58,176 nucleotides of DNA from Pelomyxa schiedti (Eukaryota > Protista > Evosea): positions 1-58,176 of the forward strand of contig JAHLWZ010000890.1 in the NCBI GenBank assembly GCA_020536535.1, given 5' to 3'. The notes under the pieces are model-generated. The model was given only the letters and a program-made list of their open reading frames with translations, had not been told where the DNA came from and made no database searches. Below are positions 1 through 12,100 of this stretch, in pieces. A program made the position numbers and the translations under genes. Position 1 is the stretch's first letter. Each line of letters begins with the position of its first letter.

Positions 1-323
1 GTTGCACCCCGTGGCCGATGGTCTTGTAGAAAACGCCTTTTTTTTCCGTCTCAGTTCCTCGTCTCTGGACTGAGAAAACTAATAAACCCGATAAAAAGTG
101 TGCACACTTGGGCAGTCCCAACTGTGTGAGCGATGTCGATCGCGCCGGACGCGGGATCGGGAACCAGAGCGGCGAGCGCGGCCCTGGACGCGACGTCGTA
201 CACGCGCACTTCCACGTCGGCAGTTGGTGGTGTGATGTAGAGGGTCCCGTCTGGTCCTGGTTTGGTGGCGCTTGTATCGTAGAATCCCAGTGCTTCTTGT
301 ACGCACTTCAACTCTGGGTCCAT
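1..323 (-). CDS. 5' part of a cluster paralog (gene A; unknown 'ALGF/PP' domain family); runs off the left window edge
   Basis: ATG at 323 gives MDPELKCVQEALGFY...LYITPPTADVEVRV...SGAIDI, which aligns by eye with the N-termini of the neighbouring genes (LEALGF, QQALGF, LFVNPP, PGVIDL). Probable intron after ...VGTAQ. Confidence 0.6.
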
Positions 324-497
324 GTTGTTTTCTTTTGTTTTTGTGGGGGCTGTGACGCTTGGTACCCGAAGGGACGCAGCATTAACCAACTTGGGCGTCA
401 AAGTTGGTTGGGCTTGTTCTGTAAATACACCCTCTGACAGAGGCAGATAGGGAAAGACGTTTATTTTCGCTTCTTAGTTCCACCATACAACCACATT

Positions 498-1846
498 TCA
501 CAAGCCATTATTAATATTGCTTTCCCACAAGTTCCCGTTTCCGATGTCGGCCATCTCTTGTAGTACACTGGCATTGGAACCAATAGCTATGAAGTGGAAA
601 GTGACCCCAGGGTGTGCGCCACAGAAATCCGTCCAGGAAGTATTCGCGTAAGTAGCCTCGCAGGCCTCGGCATATTCGGACAAAGGTGGCTGCATTATGG
701 GAGGCAGTGCTCCGCCTCTGAGTACAAAAGGTGCAATATTACCATCAGTCAGGATATACACATCAGTAGCATCCGCAAATCGTCCAAGTGCAAATTCAAG
801 GGCCCACCGCATGTCATTGCCTCCTCGACAGCGGTTTGAAAGTTGTTGAGTCCACTTTTTAGCTGTATCTCTATCATTCCGCGTGAGCCACCTTTGGTCT
901 GCCCAGTCTACCAATGAGTTCCAGGTACCAATCGCCAACTTGAAGTTCTTGCAGGGGTACTGATCTGAGAGTGTCAGGTCAATCAAATCGTCAAGAGAGG
1001 CTTGCAGGAATTTCAGCTTGTTCCACATTGAGTATGAAATGTCTGCAAGCAGGACAACACTGGTGCCTTCTATAAATGGTGCGAAAGATGTAGGGTTGAC
1101 TTCAATCACATAGGACTTTGGAGGTCTTGGTATATTTGCGGCAGTGTTTGGATTGGGGATTGCAATTTTGCCGCTCTTTTGTACGTAGAGTGTGCCTCTT
1201 TCAGCTCGCAGCCCAGATGCGGTACCGCCTTTCAGAACCATTTCAAAAGTACCCGTTCTGCTTGTTTTTCCACTGATTCTGTAAGTGTGGCCTTTAGAAT
1301 CTTCAAACAGACCAGAGACAACAGCCCCAGCAAAATCTTTACTATCAAGCCTAAACTTGGACCGTACTCGCGTACCACCTAACTTTGCGTTAGAGAAAAC
1401 TTGATGACAATTCTTACACCTACAAAAGTTGTCCTTATATAATATGACACATTCAACATTATATTTCCTTTGTTTTTTATTTTTTTTTTTTTTTTTGCAG
1501 AAACAATCGGGGAAAACAAAGACAAACCTGTGTCCACGGCCGTGCATTGCAGTCTCCCATCAGGGTACCTCTCGAAATCGAAGCTGTGCAGCACCGCCCC
1601 AGTGGACTTGGACTTCACCACGGCGGTCCACATGCCACTGGGCAATATGCCCATCGCCACCTGTCCCGTCCTCGGGTCGATCCTCAATCCGGACCAGCAC
1701 CCGGGCGGGTAGCTCTCGTGGTGCAGCACGAGGAGGAGGTCCGGGCTGTAGGGGTGGACCACGAGCCCGTCGCGGCTGCTGTAAGCAGGGCCGTCCGTGA
1801 TCCCACAAGCAGCGAGCACGCACCGCCCTTGGTCTGCCGCGTCCAT
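498..1846 (-). CDS. Cluster paralog B: unknown N-terminal domain + vWA domain (2 exons)
   Basis: ORFs 1379..1846 and 498..1547 join through a GT..AG intron (~1527-1380) to give LHSFDF...VDTGGTRVRSKFRLDSKDFAGA, colinear with gene E. vWA motifs: VVLLADISYSM, GGNDM, VYILTDG, FHFIAIG, LQEMADIGNG. Confidence 0.85.
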
Positions 1847-2075
1847 CCAACCGTCGCTGGCTCGTGCGCCCGATTGTTTTTTGGGTTTTTTCCAAGTTGG
1901 TTGTGGCCGTAACTGACTTGGGGACTTCGGCGTAAGAAGTTGGGGAAGAAGAAATGCAAAGTACCCAGTATCGGATAGTAATTGTAATTGGGATTGGGTG
2001 TGTTAATGTGTGGAAAGATGGAAGGCCACCTGGCTCAAGCTTGCAGTGGACGGTAACTGGAATGTTGGGTCAATT

Positions 2076-2710
2076 TTATCTGGAAGATTGATTAAGCAGT
2101 ACCTTTGGAATTTCTACTGAGCCGAGGCTTGGACCTATGTTTACAGTAACCGGCGACGCAGTGTCCGCGGGAATGTCCACTTGCAACGCTTCAGATTGGC
2201 GGCCCTGCAACTGCACTGTAGCGCCGCGGGTGGTTGTGAAGGTGCCAAGTGCCTTGAGGTTACTAGAGGGAAACCTTTCCTGGAACACAGTGGAGCTTTT
2301 ACCAACAGACAGCAGTTGGATCTTACGGTCATTGAAAGAGAATTGGAAGTGCTGAAACGGGACTTCGTCTCCAGTGAGGAAATCCTCATCCAGATAGAGT
2401 TTTGCTTCAAAGAGGCCACTGTTCACACCAATATAGATATAATTTTCTCCCTGTGTGAGCTGTAAGACCATTATAATGACAGCTGTACACAAACTTTCTC
2501 AGCCGTGGAGCAGCACAGGCTCTCTGAATCCTGACCTACTTCTTTACAAGCAAGTAGAAAGCGTTCGGTTCCATCGAATATGAAAGCTGGCACAGGAAAT
2601 TCTACTGACACGAATCCAAGTGCTTGTTGAATTGCTCTGACACTATCAATCGCCCTGTCAATATCTGCATCGCGAGCGCAAATTACACCAGCTATACTCT
2701 CCAAGGTCAT
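2076..2710 (-). CDS. Cluster paralog C: unknown domain only, no vWA
   Basis: ORFs 2471..2710 (QQALGFV) and 2076..2492 (FQHFQF, GTFTTTRGA, compare DFTTVRGA in gene E) are separated by a short putative intron. The 3' end may include another small exon. Confidence 0.65.
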
Positions 2711-2758
2711 CTTCTTGGCTCTTCGTGGGATGAGTAGTGGGTCTACCTTAAAAGGCGA

Positions 2759-3487
2759 TTAGCTCTGACAGGGGAGTAATCTCACACTTACTGGTGCAAT
2801 GTCTAGTGTGCCGTTAATTTTAATCTCTGTATTTGTTTTCGTAGTGAAATGTAACTCGCTCAGCGTCCCGGACGGCAGGAGCGACCGTATAATACCCCCT
2901 GGTGGGCATTTCGAGATATCGGCTCTGAAAAGTAACGACTTTCCCAAACCCGTTGGCAGAAAGGTTCCGCAAAGATACTGGACCCCTGGAGATAGAAGTG
3001 AGGTGGGGCACGACCACTCCACGACAGTGGCATCCACGTCTATCACTTGCTTGTCAACTCCACCAGGTGGAGCAGTTATAAGGAGCTCAAAGGAGTGAAA
3101 AGCGAACTCTTTGCCGCCGGGAACGATCAGCTCCGGAGTGAACAATTCACAGAGCATTCTTCCCAATCCTCCCATTCTAACGCCAACAATCCCCGGCACC
3201 TATACCCAAATTAAAGGAGTTAATACAAACTGGGCAAATGGTGAACGCCTAATTATACAAAGTAATAGGCAGGAATCCCTGCTTGTCTGATGGAAGAAGA
3301 CCTTTGCAGTGCGGAGCGGCATGAGAATATTGCCCCAGTGCGGGTCCCCCTCAGGGTGCATTCGAATGTAGTACGAGTTGATTGGAGGATTCAGCATTAC
3401 TTCGTAGGGGCCCAACTTCACAGCACTCGCCCCCACAGAGTTGAGCAACTGCACCAACCTCAGGTTCGGTGCCGATGCTGACGACAT
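2759..3487 (-). CDS. Cluster paralog D: unknown domain only, no vWA
   Basis: ATG 3487 MSSASAPN...VMLNPPINSYY, intron, then VPGIVGV...FHSFEL...LLPSGTLSEL (compare LFVNPPCNDFF, LHSFSV, MLPAGSLTKL in gene E). Confidence 0.7.
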
Positions 3488-3731
3488 TAGTTCCCTGCAG
3501 CCTGCTGGGTTTCTTTTTTCGCTTTTTAAAAAAAAGCGACTCTTGAAAGGCGAAGGGAGTGGAACCAAGTTGGGGGGAATCATTCACCAACTTTCTGATT
3601 TCGTTGAAAACAAAGAGTCACTGACTGACCTCAGCCACTGAGGAACGCCTTTTTTTTTTGGATTCTAAAACCACTTTGAGTGCCAACAATAGAAAAAGAG
3701 TATTATTATGTTCGCAGCGACTCATTTTCCA

Positions 3732-4952
3732 TCATAGTGACTCCCCAAAGCACCCTCCACCAATTTCGGCCATTTCTTGCATGTGGACAGCTTCTGAATC
3801 AGGCCCCAAGGCAAAGAAGTGGAATATGGTCCTAGGGTACTGTGCCCTGAATAACCTCCACGACGTGTTGTTGTATGGCTGCTGGTTTGACTCGTAGTCA
3901 CATTTGGGGAGCCTGGGAACTCTCCCAGCTGGGGCCTGCCCCGTGGGACTAAGAGTGAATGGTGATATGTCACCATCACACATCACATAGACTTCAGTGG
4001 CGTCAGGGAGCTGTGCCAGAGCTTCCTCAATAGCGTAGCGCATGTCATTTCCTCCTCTGGCTGTCAGGGACTGCACCCACGCCACTGTGGCAGCTCTTTG
4101 CGTTGGTTCAATCCACCCACACCCGAACCACTCTACCCAGGAGTCCCAGGCGGCAAGGCAAACGCGCCAGTCAGAGCTTAATGCTCTATCCAACAGGTCA
4201 ACGAAGGACTGACGGAGGATTTCCATTCGCCCTTTGTTCCGCATAGACCCAGAGATATCACCAAGAATAATCACTCGCGCTCTTTTTGCGGGGCACACCA
4301 TCGTCGCAAAGGAGGTGGGGTCGAGCTCGATAGTTATTGATGTCGCCTTCCTTGGGGTCAATGACCAAGGTACTTCAGGGATCGTGATTGTGCCCCTCTT
4401 TGGAACAGTGATAGCGCCTTGTGTTGCAGCTAACTTTGTCAAACTCCCCGCAGGGAGCATCACACTGAACTTTCCAGCGTTTCCGGCATTGCCGGTGCTA
4501 CCTCTAATTATGTACTTGTGAGCACCACGTACGGTAGTGAAATCGGCTGTAACCTCCGCACCCTCAAGGTCCTTGTCGTGGAACCTGAATCTACTTTCAA
4601 TGACAGAAGCACCAGTGTCCACAGTCCTTACAGTCAGGTTCCGGTGAGAATCCTTGACGACACTGAAGCTGTGCAGTATCAGCTCAGGCTCTGCTTTTGT
4701 CGAAATTATCTCGATGTGGCACGGAAGCCCATCCGGTAGCGTAGACAGATCAATCACTCCAGGAGGGTGAAGATCGTCGTCAAAAGGTTCGACTTCATTG
4801 CAAGAGGTGGAATCGCCATCGTCGATCTTGCAACGCGCGAAAAAGTCGTTACAGGGAGGGTTGACAAACAGACAGCAGCGGTCACTTTCTTTTTCTTCCA
4901 CATACCGAAATCCCAGGGCTTCGAGGGCTATGGCGAATTCTTGAGCGGACAT
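3732..4952 (-). CDS. Cluster paralog E: unknown N-terminal domain + vWA domain, intronless 406 aa
   Basis: Single ORF with vWA motifs VIILGDISGSM, GGNDM, VYVMCDG, FHFFALG, MQEMAEIGGG; same architecture as gene B. Confidence 0.9.
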   Translation of the reverse strand: MSAQEFAIALEALGFRYVEEKESDRCCLFVNPPCNDFFARCKIDDGDSTSCNEVEPFDDDLHPPGVIDLSTLPDGLPCHIEIISTKAEPELILHSFSVVKDSHRNLTVRTVDTGASVIESRFRFHDKDLEGAEVTADFTTVRGAHKYIIRGSTGNAGNAGKFSVMLPAGSLTKLAATQGAITVPKRGTITIPEVPWSLTPRKATSITIELDPTSFATMVCPAKRARVIILGDISGSMRNKGRMEILRQSFVDLLDRALSSDWRVCLAAWDSWVEWFGCGWIEPTQRAATVAWVQSLTARGGNDMRYAIEEALAQLPDATEVYVMCDGDISPFTLSPTGQAPAGRVPRLPKCDYESNQQPYNNTSWRLFRAQYPRTIFHFFALGPDSEAVHMQEMAEIGGGCFGESL

Positions 4953-5166
4953 TAGACCAAATTTTTACTTTTTTTTTTTAATCCACAAAGCGCAGAAGGC
5001 AAACGGACAGCAACAGTTTTACCAAATTGGTTTGTCACTTGCTAACTTTGTTCAGAGAAGCGTTAACTGTGTCTTGCCTAAGACTTCCTCTTGCATTGCT
5101 TAGTCTAGCAGTTTTCCATGAAGCGTCTCCTCAAAAGTCGCTGAAGGCGATCACAACACAAAATTG

Positions 5167-7948
5167 ATGGCAACAACAGGCGCCATAACGGCTGCGGCGC
5201 TGGCGCAGCCCCCGCCCTCCAGGGCCCCGCCTCCCACTCCTACCCCTCGTGGAGGGGCTCCGGGGTCCTCCCCGCCACCCCTTCCGCCCCGCGTGCCTGC
5301 GGCGATAGCACACATGAGCCTGCCCCCGACCCCCACGCCAAAGCACCCCCTCGCGGCGACGGCCTCGCCCCCTCCCTCGCACGCGCCGCCGCCCACGCCG
5401 CCGCCGCCCCCGGCGGCCACCATCTCGTCGGCCCCCATCCCGCCGCCGAGCTCCCCGCCGCCCCCGCAGTCGCTCACCCCCACGCTCCCTCCCGCCATCG
5501 CGCCGCCGTCCACCCCGCCGCCCCCGCAGTCGGCCGCGGTGCTGCTGCCGCCGCCGTCCCCCACGCAGTCGCACCACCCGCGGGGCGACGCCCAGGCGGA
5601 TCCCCCGGCCCCGCCGCCGCCGCCCCCCCCGCCGCCCCAGGAGTCCCGCCCCAAGCTGCGGGCCACGCTGGGCGGCCCCCTCCGCGTCCCCATCGGCCTG
5701 GGCCTGGGGCTCGGCATAACGGGCGCATCGCAGGGCGCAGTGGCTGCGGCCCTCGCGGTCTCCGCAGTTGGGACTGTGGGGACAACGACGGCTGTTCAGC
5801 AGGGAACGGGGCCGGGAGCTGGAACCGGAACCGGAGTTGGATTTGGAATTGGAATTGGAATTGGTACTGGAACTGCTACTGGAACGGTAACGGGAACGGG
5901 AACTGGGCTGGCGCAGAGTTCGACGCCAGTGACACAGATACCGCTCAAGACTTCATCATATCATGTTATTCAGCCACCTACTTCCGTTGTTCCGGTGGTT
6001 CCTCCTTGCACAAAGGCCACTTTGGCGGAGCAGCTTGCCAAGAAGACGTCGCGGTACGAGAAATCCCTGGTTTCCATTGGTAACCTGGGGAGCGCTAAAC
6101 CGTGGGGTACCAATATTACTCCCGCTGGTGGTGGCGTCTCTGGGAATGTGCCTTTTGGTGCAAGCCGTCACCCAAGTGGAGCACATACGATTTCTCCTAA
6201 ACATCCGGACACCACAACTGCAAACAAACCAGTATGCCTAGAATCGAATTTATAGAGGGTAACTACTAAATCACACAAGAAAGGATTGACACGCAAAGTC
6301 AGTCTCTTATATCTGCCAGCTAAGAAGGATTCTGCTGCCAGTGATGTAGCTGCCTCGCTTCAAAAGCTGGCTCAATCACAATTTATGACTGAAACACTTA
6401 CTCCAGCACCACCACCATCGCCGGCCTCACCAGCGATAGTGACACCTCAAACACTCACACCCAGAAACCTAAAGACAGAAAAACACTGTAACACTGAAAA
6501 ACTAAATACAACTGTACAAGAACCACCAACAACAACTACTGAAGCACCACCGCAAAAATGTACAAGCGTTGAAATACCAGATTCCCCGTCTCCCTCAGAG
6601 ACTCCATCATCACCACAAATTGCACCTATTGAAAATTCTTTTGCAGCCTCTATTTCCAGTCAATCACCTCGTACATCGTCACCTCTTACTCTTAGTTCAT
6701 CAATGCCAGAACCCACACTTCCCACATCTGCTCTTCGCACTCCGTCACCCCCCTCCACTCCTCCTCTCGAGAGCCCTCAAAGCAACCCTGTCAAGGACAG
6801 TGGGGAATCAACACCTACGGCTGCTGAACTTGGTGATAGTGACTCTACGCAAAGTGGTGACAAAACTGGCAAGTCCCTTTTTCCATTGCTTCGCTAAAAG
6901 ACTCATATATCAAAACCCAAGAATTCCTCGAGCTTCCAACGATCATTCAGCCACCTAGACTATCCAGAACATGCTTTACTCCAACAAAGGGACAAGAAAA
7001 ATTGATTAAAGAAGTGAAGGGGCGCCACCTAAAGGTATCCTCTTTTTACTGCATCATTCCACCACTAATCTCGTAGCTTGAAAATGAGTTGGAAAGAACA
7101 CACCTCAAAGAACTTGAAAATGTCTCAAAAGCATGTGAGCAGAAAAAAGCAGAACTTATTTCACAACATGTACCATTCTTTTGATTTTAATGTTTCACCA
7201 ACTACTTGTGCAGAAAAGAGAAGAACAAGCGAGACTCCGTGACCAAAGGAAATCCTTCATAAATGAATCTAGAAGATTACCAGAGGACCCACTTACGGAA
7301 GAGATCACCAAACTGGAAAAGGGCAGTGCTCAAGAATCGCAGCATCTAAAAGTGCACTACTTGCCTCGGTTTTTTTTTTCTTAACCATTTGTAGCTTATC
7401 CACATCTCAAAAGCATATGAAGCGAACATATCTTTCTTTACCGAACTCACGCAATTGGAGCAGAAGCTTCTTCAAGAACAACATACCGAGGTATGAAACA
7501 AATGTGAAACATTTAAGCCCACACTTCCAAGGCAAAAGCAAGATTACAGAAGCAATTCGAATCAGAAATGAAGTTCCAAGTCAAGGAATACAGCAAAAAA
7601 CTCAAAATCGTCGCCAAACAGAGGGAGAAGACCAAAAACCCTATGACTGAGGAAGAACTACAAAAAGAAGAGGATAAATTCGTTCAAGAGCTCTCAGCGG
7701 TGTGAACTCCCATAATTCCTGAACTCCTTGCTCACCGCTTCCCAGCAACAAGCCGACCAACTCCATAAACTGGAGCAAGACCTTGCCAAACAACAAAAAG
7801 CCCTTGAGGCTGAGCAAGTTGCTCACCGAGCGGAACTTAACAAGTTCTTCCGTGACCTTCTGCAACCAATGGTGTGCAGTTAACATGCAATTCCTGTTCT
7901 TTCTGGAATCCTTACCCCACTCAGGTCACTGATTCATCCGGAAACTAA
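5167..7948 (+). CDS. Proline/Ser/Thr-rich protein with C-terminal E/K/Q-rich coiled coil (multi-exon)
   Basis: Long Pro-rich ORFs 5164..6255 and 6286..6897, then short exons (LENELERTHLKELE..., QKQFESEMKFQVKEYSKK..., FFRDLLQPM-VTDSSGN*) separated by GT-AG introns. Confidence 0.65.
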
Positions 7949-8217
7949 AGGACCCAGTGAACCTTGTCTGTCTATCGCAATAATAAGACAAGTTGGAGTC
8001 CCCCGCCGGTTCAAATAACAGCCTTTCTGCCCTAAAATGTTCCCCGAAAAGTGATTCTTTGCTCTTCAAACTCTCGAGATAAAAATAAACTCCGCTTGTT
8101 CGTTGGTTTAAAACGTTTAGCCAAAATCAAAACCACCAACAAAAAAGAAAAAAAAAAGCTTCGAACAACAAGCACCGGTGGGTGTTCACCAACCAAAACA
8201 GTAAACAACAGTCAAAA

Positions 8218-8985
8218 ATGGCCCAAATGGAATACAAGCTTGTTGTTGTTGGCGGTGGTGGTGTCGGCAAATCCGCTCTCACAATCCAATTCATCCAGAA
8301 CCACTTCATCGATGGTACCACCCACTTTTCCCCTTCATTTTCTTTTTAAACTCACTCGTTTGCCACAGAGTACGATCCCACAATTGAGGACTCGTATCGC
8401 AAACAAGTTGCCATTGACTCTGAGCCAACTTGCCTCCTTGATATCTTGGACACAGGTTTGTTTTCCGCTTTTCCACCGACAATTCGCTCACCAAATAAAT
8501 TCCTAGCCGGCCAGGAGGAATACTCAGCCATGAGGGATCAGTACATGCGAACTGGCGAGGGTTTCCTCTGCATTTTCTCAATCACCTCGAGGAACTCATT
8601 CGACGAAATCACAACATTCAAGTATATCTTCGCTTGTACCACTACAATCCGCTTTCTAACGCGCACCTAAGGGAGCAAATCCTCCGCTCCAAGGACAAGG
8701 ACAAAGTACCAATGGTACTTTGTGGAAACAAGTGCGATTTGGAGCCTGAGCGCAAGGTCACTTCCGCTGAGGGATCTGAGCTCGCCAAGTCCTGGGGATG
8801 CCCATTCATGTATGTTATCGACAACAAAGTTGTCGTTGGACTTATAATGTACCAATTACAGGGAGACATCTGCCCGCACACGAATCAACGTTGAGAATTC
8901 GTTCTTCGAGCTAGTCAGGGAAATCCGCAGAGCACAACCCAAGCCAATCAAGAAGACAAAGAAGGGTGGCTGCAGCATGCTTTAA
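8218..8985 (+). CDS. ras: Ras family GTPase (Ras proper), 5 exons
   Basis: Spliced product [24 protein letters not shown]...YDPTIEDSY...[21 protein letters not shown]...NKCDL...ETSA...KKGGCSML with polybasic tail and CaaX. Confidence 0.97.
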
Positions 8986-9172
8986 AATATTACCTCTGTA
9001 TTTTTCTACCTCCTAGGGGGGAAAAAAAAAAGAAACAAAGTGTTACAACCACATGAAACAAACCATCTTCATTGTGGGCCCCATTCCCCGTTTTTCAAAG
9101 AAAACCAACGCTTCGGACGAAACACAAATCATCATCACAATTCGGGGGCCGATCACAACGATACGGGAGGAA

Positions 9173-12100
9173 ATGAGCAACAACGAGGGCGACAGAGCGC
9201 CGCCGTCTGCACCGGAAGACGTACTCCTGGAGGAACTGGGCGCCGCCGTGCGAGATCTACTGCGCGATATCACACCGACACCTCAAGGCGATGGTGGCGG
9301 CGGTGGCGTGGTGGTGGCGGAGACAGAGGGGCAAGTTGGACCTGCCAAGGCGCCGTTTTTGTTCGATTTTGGGTCCGCCTCGTCGTCGTCGGCGGCTGCG
9401 GGGAGGGTGTGCTGTGCCATTGAGCAGGTGATACTTATGGGATTGAAGGAAGGTGTGCAGAGTCGCCATGGAATGATGGAGTGTTGGAAACGAAACTTGT
9501 TGTTGTGGGTTTGGATAATGGGGCCAGTAAAGAACATTTGGCTGTTAGTTGTTACTTTGAATTATTTCAAAGGTTTTTTTCAACTCTACCTCAGATTTCT
9601 CCTTCTTTGGCCCTATGAAAAAGAAGGACTATGTTGAACTCTTACAACAAAGTGGAAATATAAAAATGCTGCTGGGAACTGATTCCTCCTTACCAAAAGC
9701 CAAAACTCAAAGAGGGAAGGGTAGAATCTCCCAATATCAATTGGCCTCTTATTGGATCATAGGTAGGGCAACAATTATGTATGCCCTCTTTTCTAAGCAG
9801 CTCGTTGATACTCTATGCACACTCTCTCAAGCTAGTACCCTTGTCAGGTTTGACTGCGAGGGGGGGAAAACAATGAAATAACATTCTTGTTCAGTGAGTG
9901 GTATGACTTGCAGTCCGTTTTTTGCTCGACGACGAGGACTGCATTACTTCTGAAGACTTTGCAGTCACTAGATACTGTAAACTTCATGCATGGTAGAATA
10001 CACCGTTACCATCTTCCTCCAAATACTCACAATTACTCTATGTAGATCAAGGCAAACTGCTGGCCTATCTTCAACAGACAGACTTTGATTGTATGCCGAC
10101 AGTTTGTTTGTACAAAACGACACAAAACCCACCAGAGCAACTTCCTCCAGAAACTCAAACTCTGGTACAAAGCACCCCCGATGCTGTAAGTCTCATTTTG
10201 CACAAAGTTCGTTAACTGTTCTGCTTCCAAAAGAAGGTACTTGCTGAGAAAATTGAACAGACAACTGATACGGAAGAAGTTAAGTCCCTCAAACTCACTA
10301 TCCAACAGCTAAAACAAGCGCTGCAACACTCTCAAAACTTGTCTATTGAAAAAACCCTATGTGATGCTAAAATTGTGGCGGAGGCTGAGCACACCAGAAA
10401 GAAAGCAGCTGACCATGAGAAATCAATTTCTCTTCTCCAAGAGACTCTGAGTGCCCGCGAAATGGAAGTTGAGACTCTCAAGCAAAAGCTATTGGCTGTA
10501 ACTGTTGATCCAGTCAAGGTGGAAGCAGAGACCAACATTTCTTCCAAACAAACAATGCTTGAGATGGAAGCAACTGTGCTAAAACAGCATTATGAAGAAG
10601 CATGTGAAACTATAGCAAAGATGAAAATCGAAGAGAATTCTTCACAACGTAACATAGCTGCCCTCAGTAAGATGCTGGAAGCTGCTCAAGAAGAAACTGT
10701 GCAACAAAAACGGGAGATTCTTCACACCCAAGGGCAGTTAAAGCAAACTCAAGAAAAACTTGCAAAAGCTACTTTGGTCATTGAAGAAAAGGCAAGAGAG
10801 CAAGAAATGTGGGCAAAAGAAAGAGGGTCAATGCCACCTACCGAAAATTCACAGGTGCACATATCACCACTCCTGCCAAAATGAAATTAGTTTCACTGCA
10901 CATACTCTTATAGTGTAGAAATTCCTTCATAATATTTTTGCTTAAATTCGTTGCGAAAGAATATCGATACGCAAATGACAGAAAAGACTGCCCAGAGTCA
11001 TGTGGAAGGCTCTGAAAGGAGTCAGCATTTACTAGAACAAGAAAAAACTCTGACATTGCTAAAGCACTCCCAAGAGGAACTTGGATTAAAAGTTTTCCTC
11101 ACTCCACTCTCAAAAAAGTTACATGTGTCCAGGACCAAGAGCTTACAACAGCTACTCATACAATTGATGATCTTACAATTCAATTGAAAGAATGCCAATT
11201 AAAAAATCAGAACCTCTCACAAATACTGTCAACACAGACGGAGAGGATAGAACATGTAATCTCACTACAAAATAGCTATTAACTGAGGGAAAAAGTTAGA
11301 ACATAGAGAAGTGGAACTCTCCAAAAAAGAAGGAGAAAACAAAAAACTTATCACAGAGCTTCAAGAAAAAATCGAGCAAATGAATGGAGAATTAAAGTAT
11401 GATTCCTTTCGGTTTTTAAAAGAATTTTTATATAAAATAAAGATGCAAAATTTAGAACCCCTGGTGATGTTGAACAGACCCTATCACAGACAACCAACGA
11501 ACTTCACGAAGCAAAGCAGGTTGCTTTGGCAGTCTCTTTTCTCACTTAGCCTTATTCCTTGTTCCTCAAAGAAAATATTTGATCTCACACAAGAAGTAAC
11601 TTCTCTCAAAATGGATCTTGATGTTGTCAAAGTGGCTGCCTCCCTTGCCAAAAGCGATTTGCTTCTGCAGAAGGAACTTGTTCGTGCTTCAAAACTGGAG
11701 CTTGAGGATGTGCGCGCATTCATTCTTATTGGCTCTTTTCTTCTTCAACTGAACTTGTTTCAGGCAAAAACGCATTTGGCGGCGGAAAAGCAATGCACCT
11801 CAAAATTAGCCACACACCTTGAAATACAACAGAAGGTGCATTCAAAAAATTCTCTATGATATTTTCTGATAGATCTATATGCCCACCAGAGTGCTCAGCG
11901 TCTTGAAGAAGTTGTCAAGCAAAGCCAAGAAAACATTGACCAAATTAAAGCAGACTTCCGGCACAAGGAGGAACTGGTTGAACAGCTCCAAGAAAAACTT
12001 AAAGTTTTCACCCCTCATCAGCAGTAAATTTAATATTTGTGTTTCAGACAATAGAGCATGCAGATACTCTGGCTGCACAATGTAAAAGACAAACTGAACT

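Noticed and set aside
5131-5785. Gly/Arg-rich antisense ORFs (also 43014-43836, 45752-46392, 55339-56653)
   Set aside because: Shadow frames of GC-rich low-complexity exons, apart from the NSF fragment at the end of 55339..56565.
8000-8020. GGTTCAAAT B-box-like motif
   Set aside because: No T-stem or cloverleaf context.
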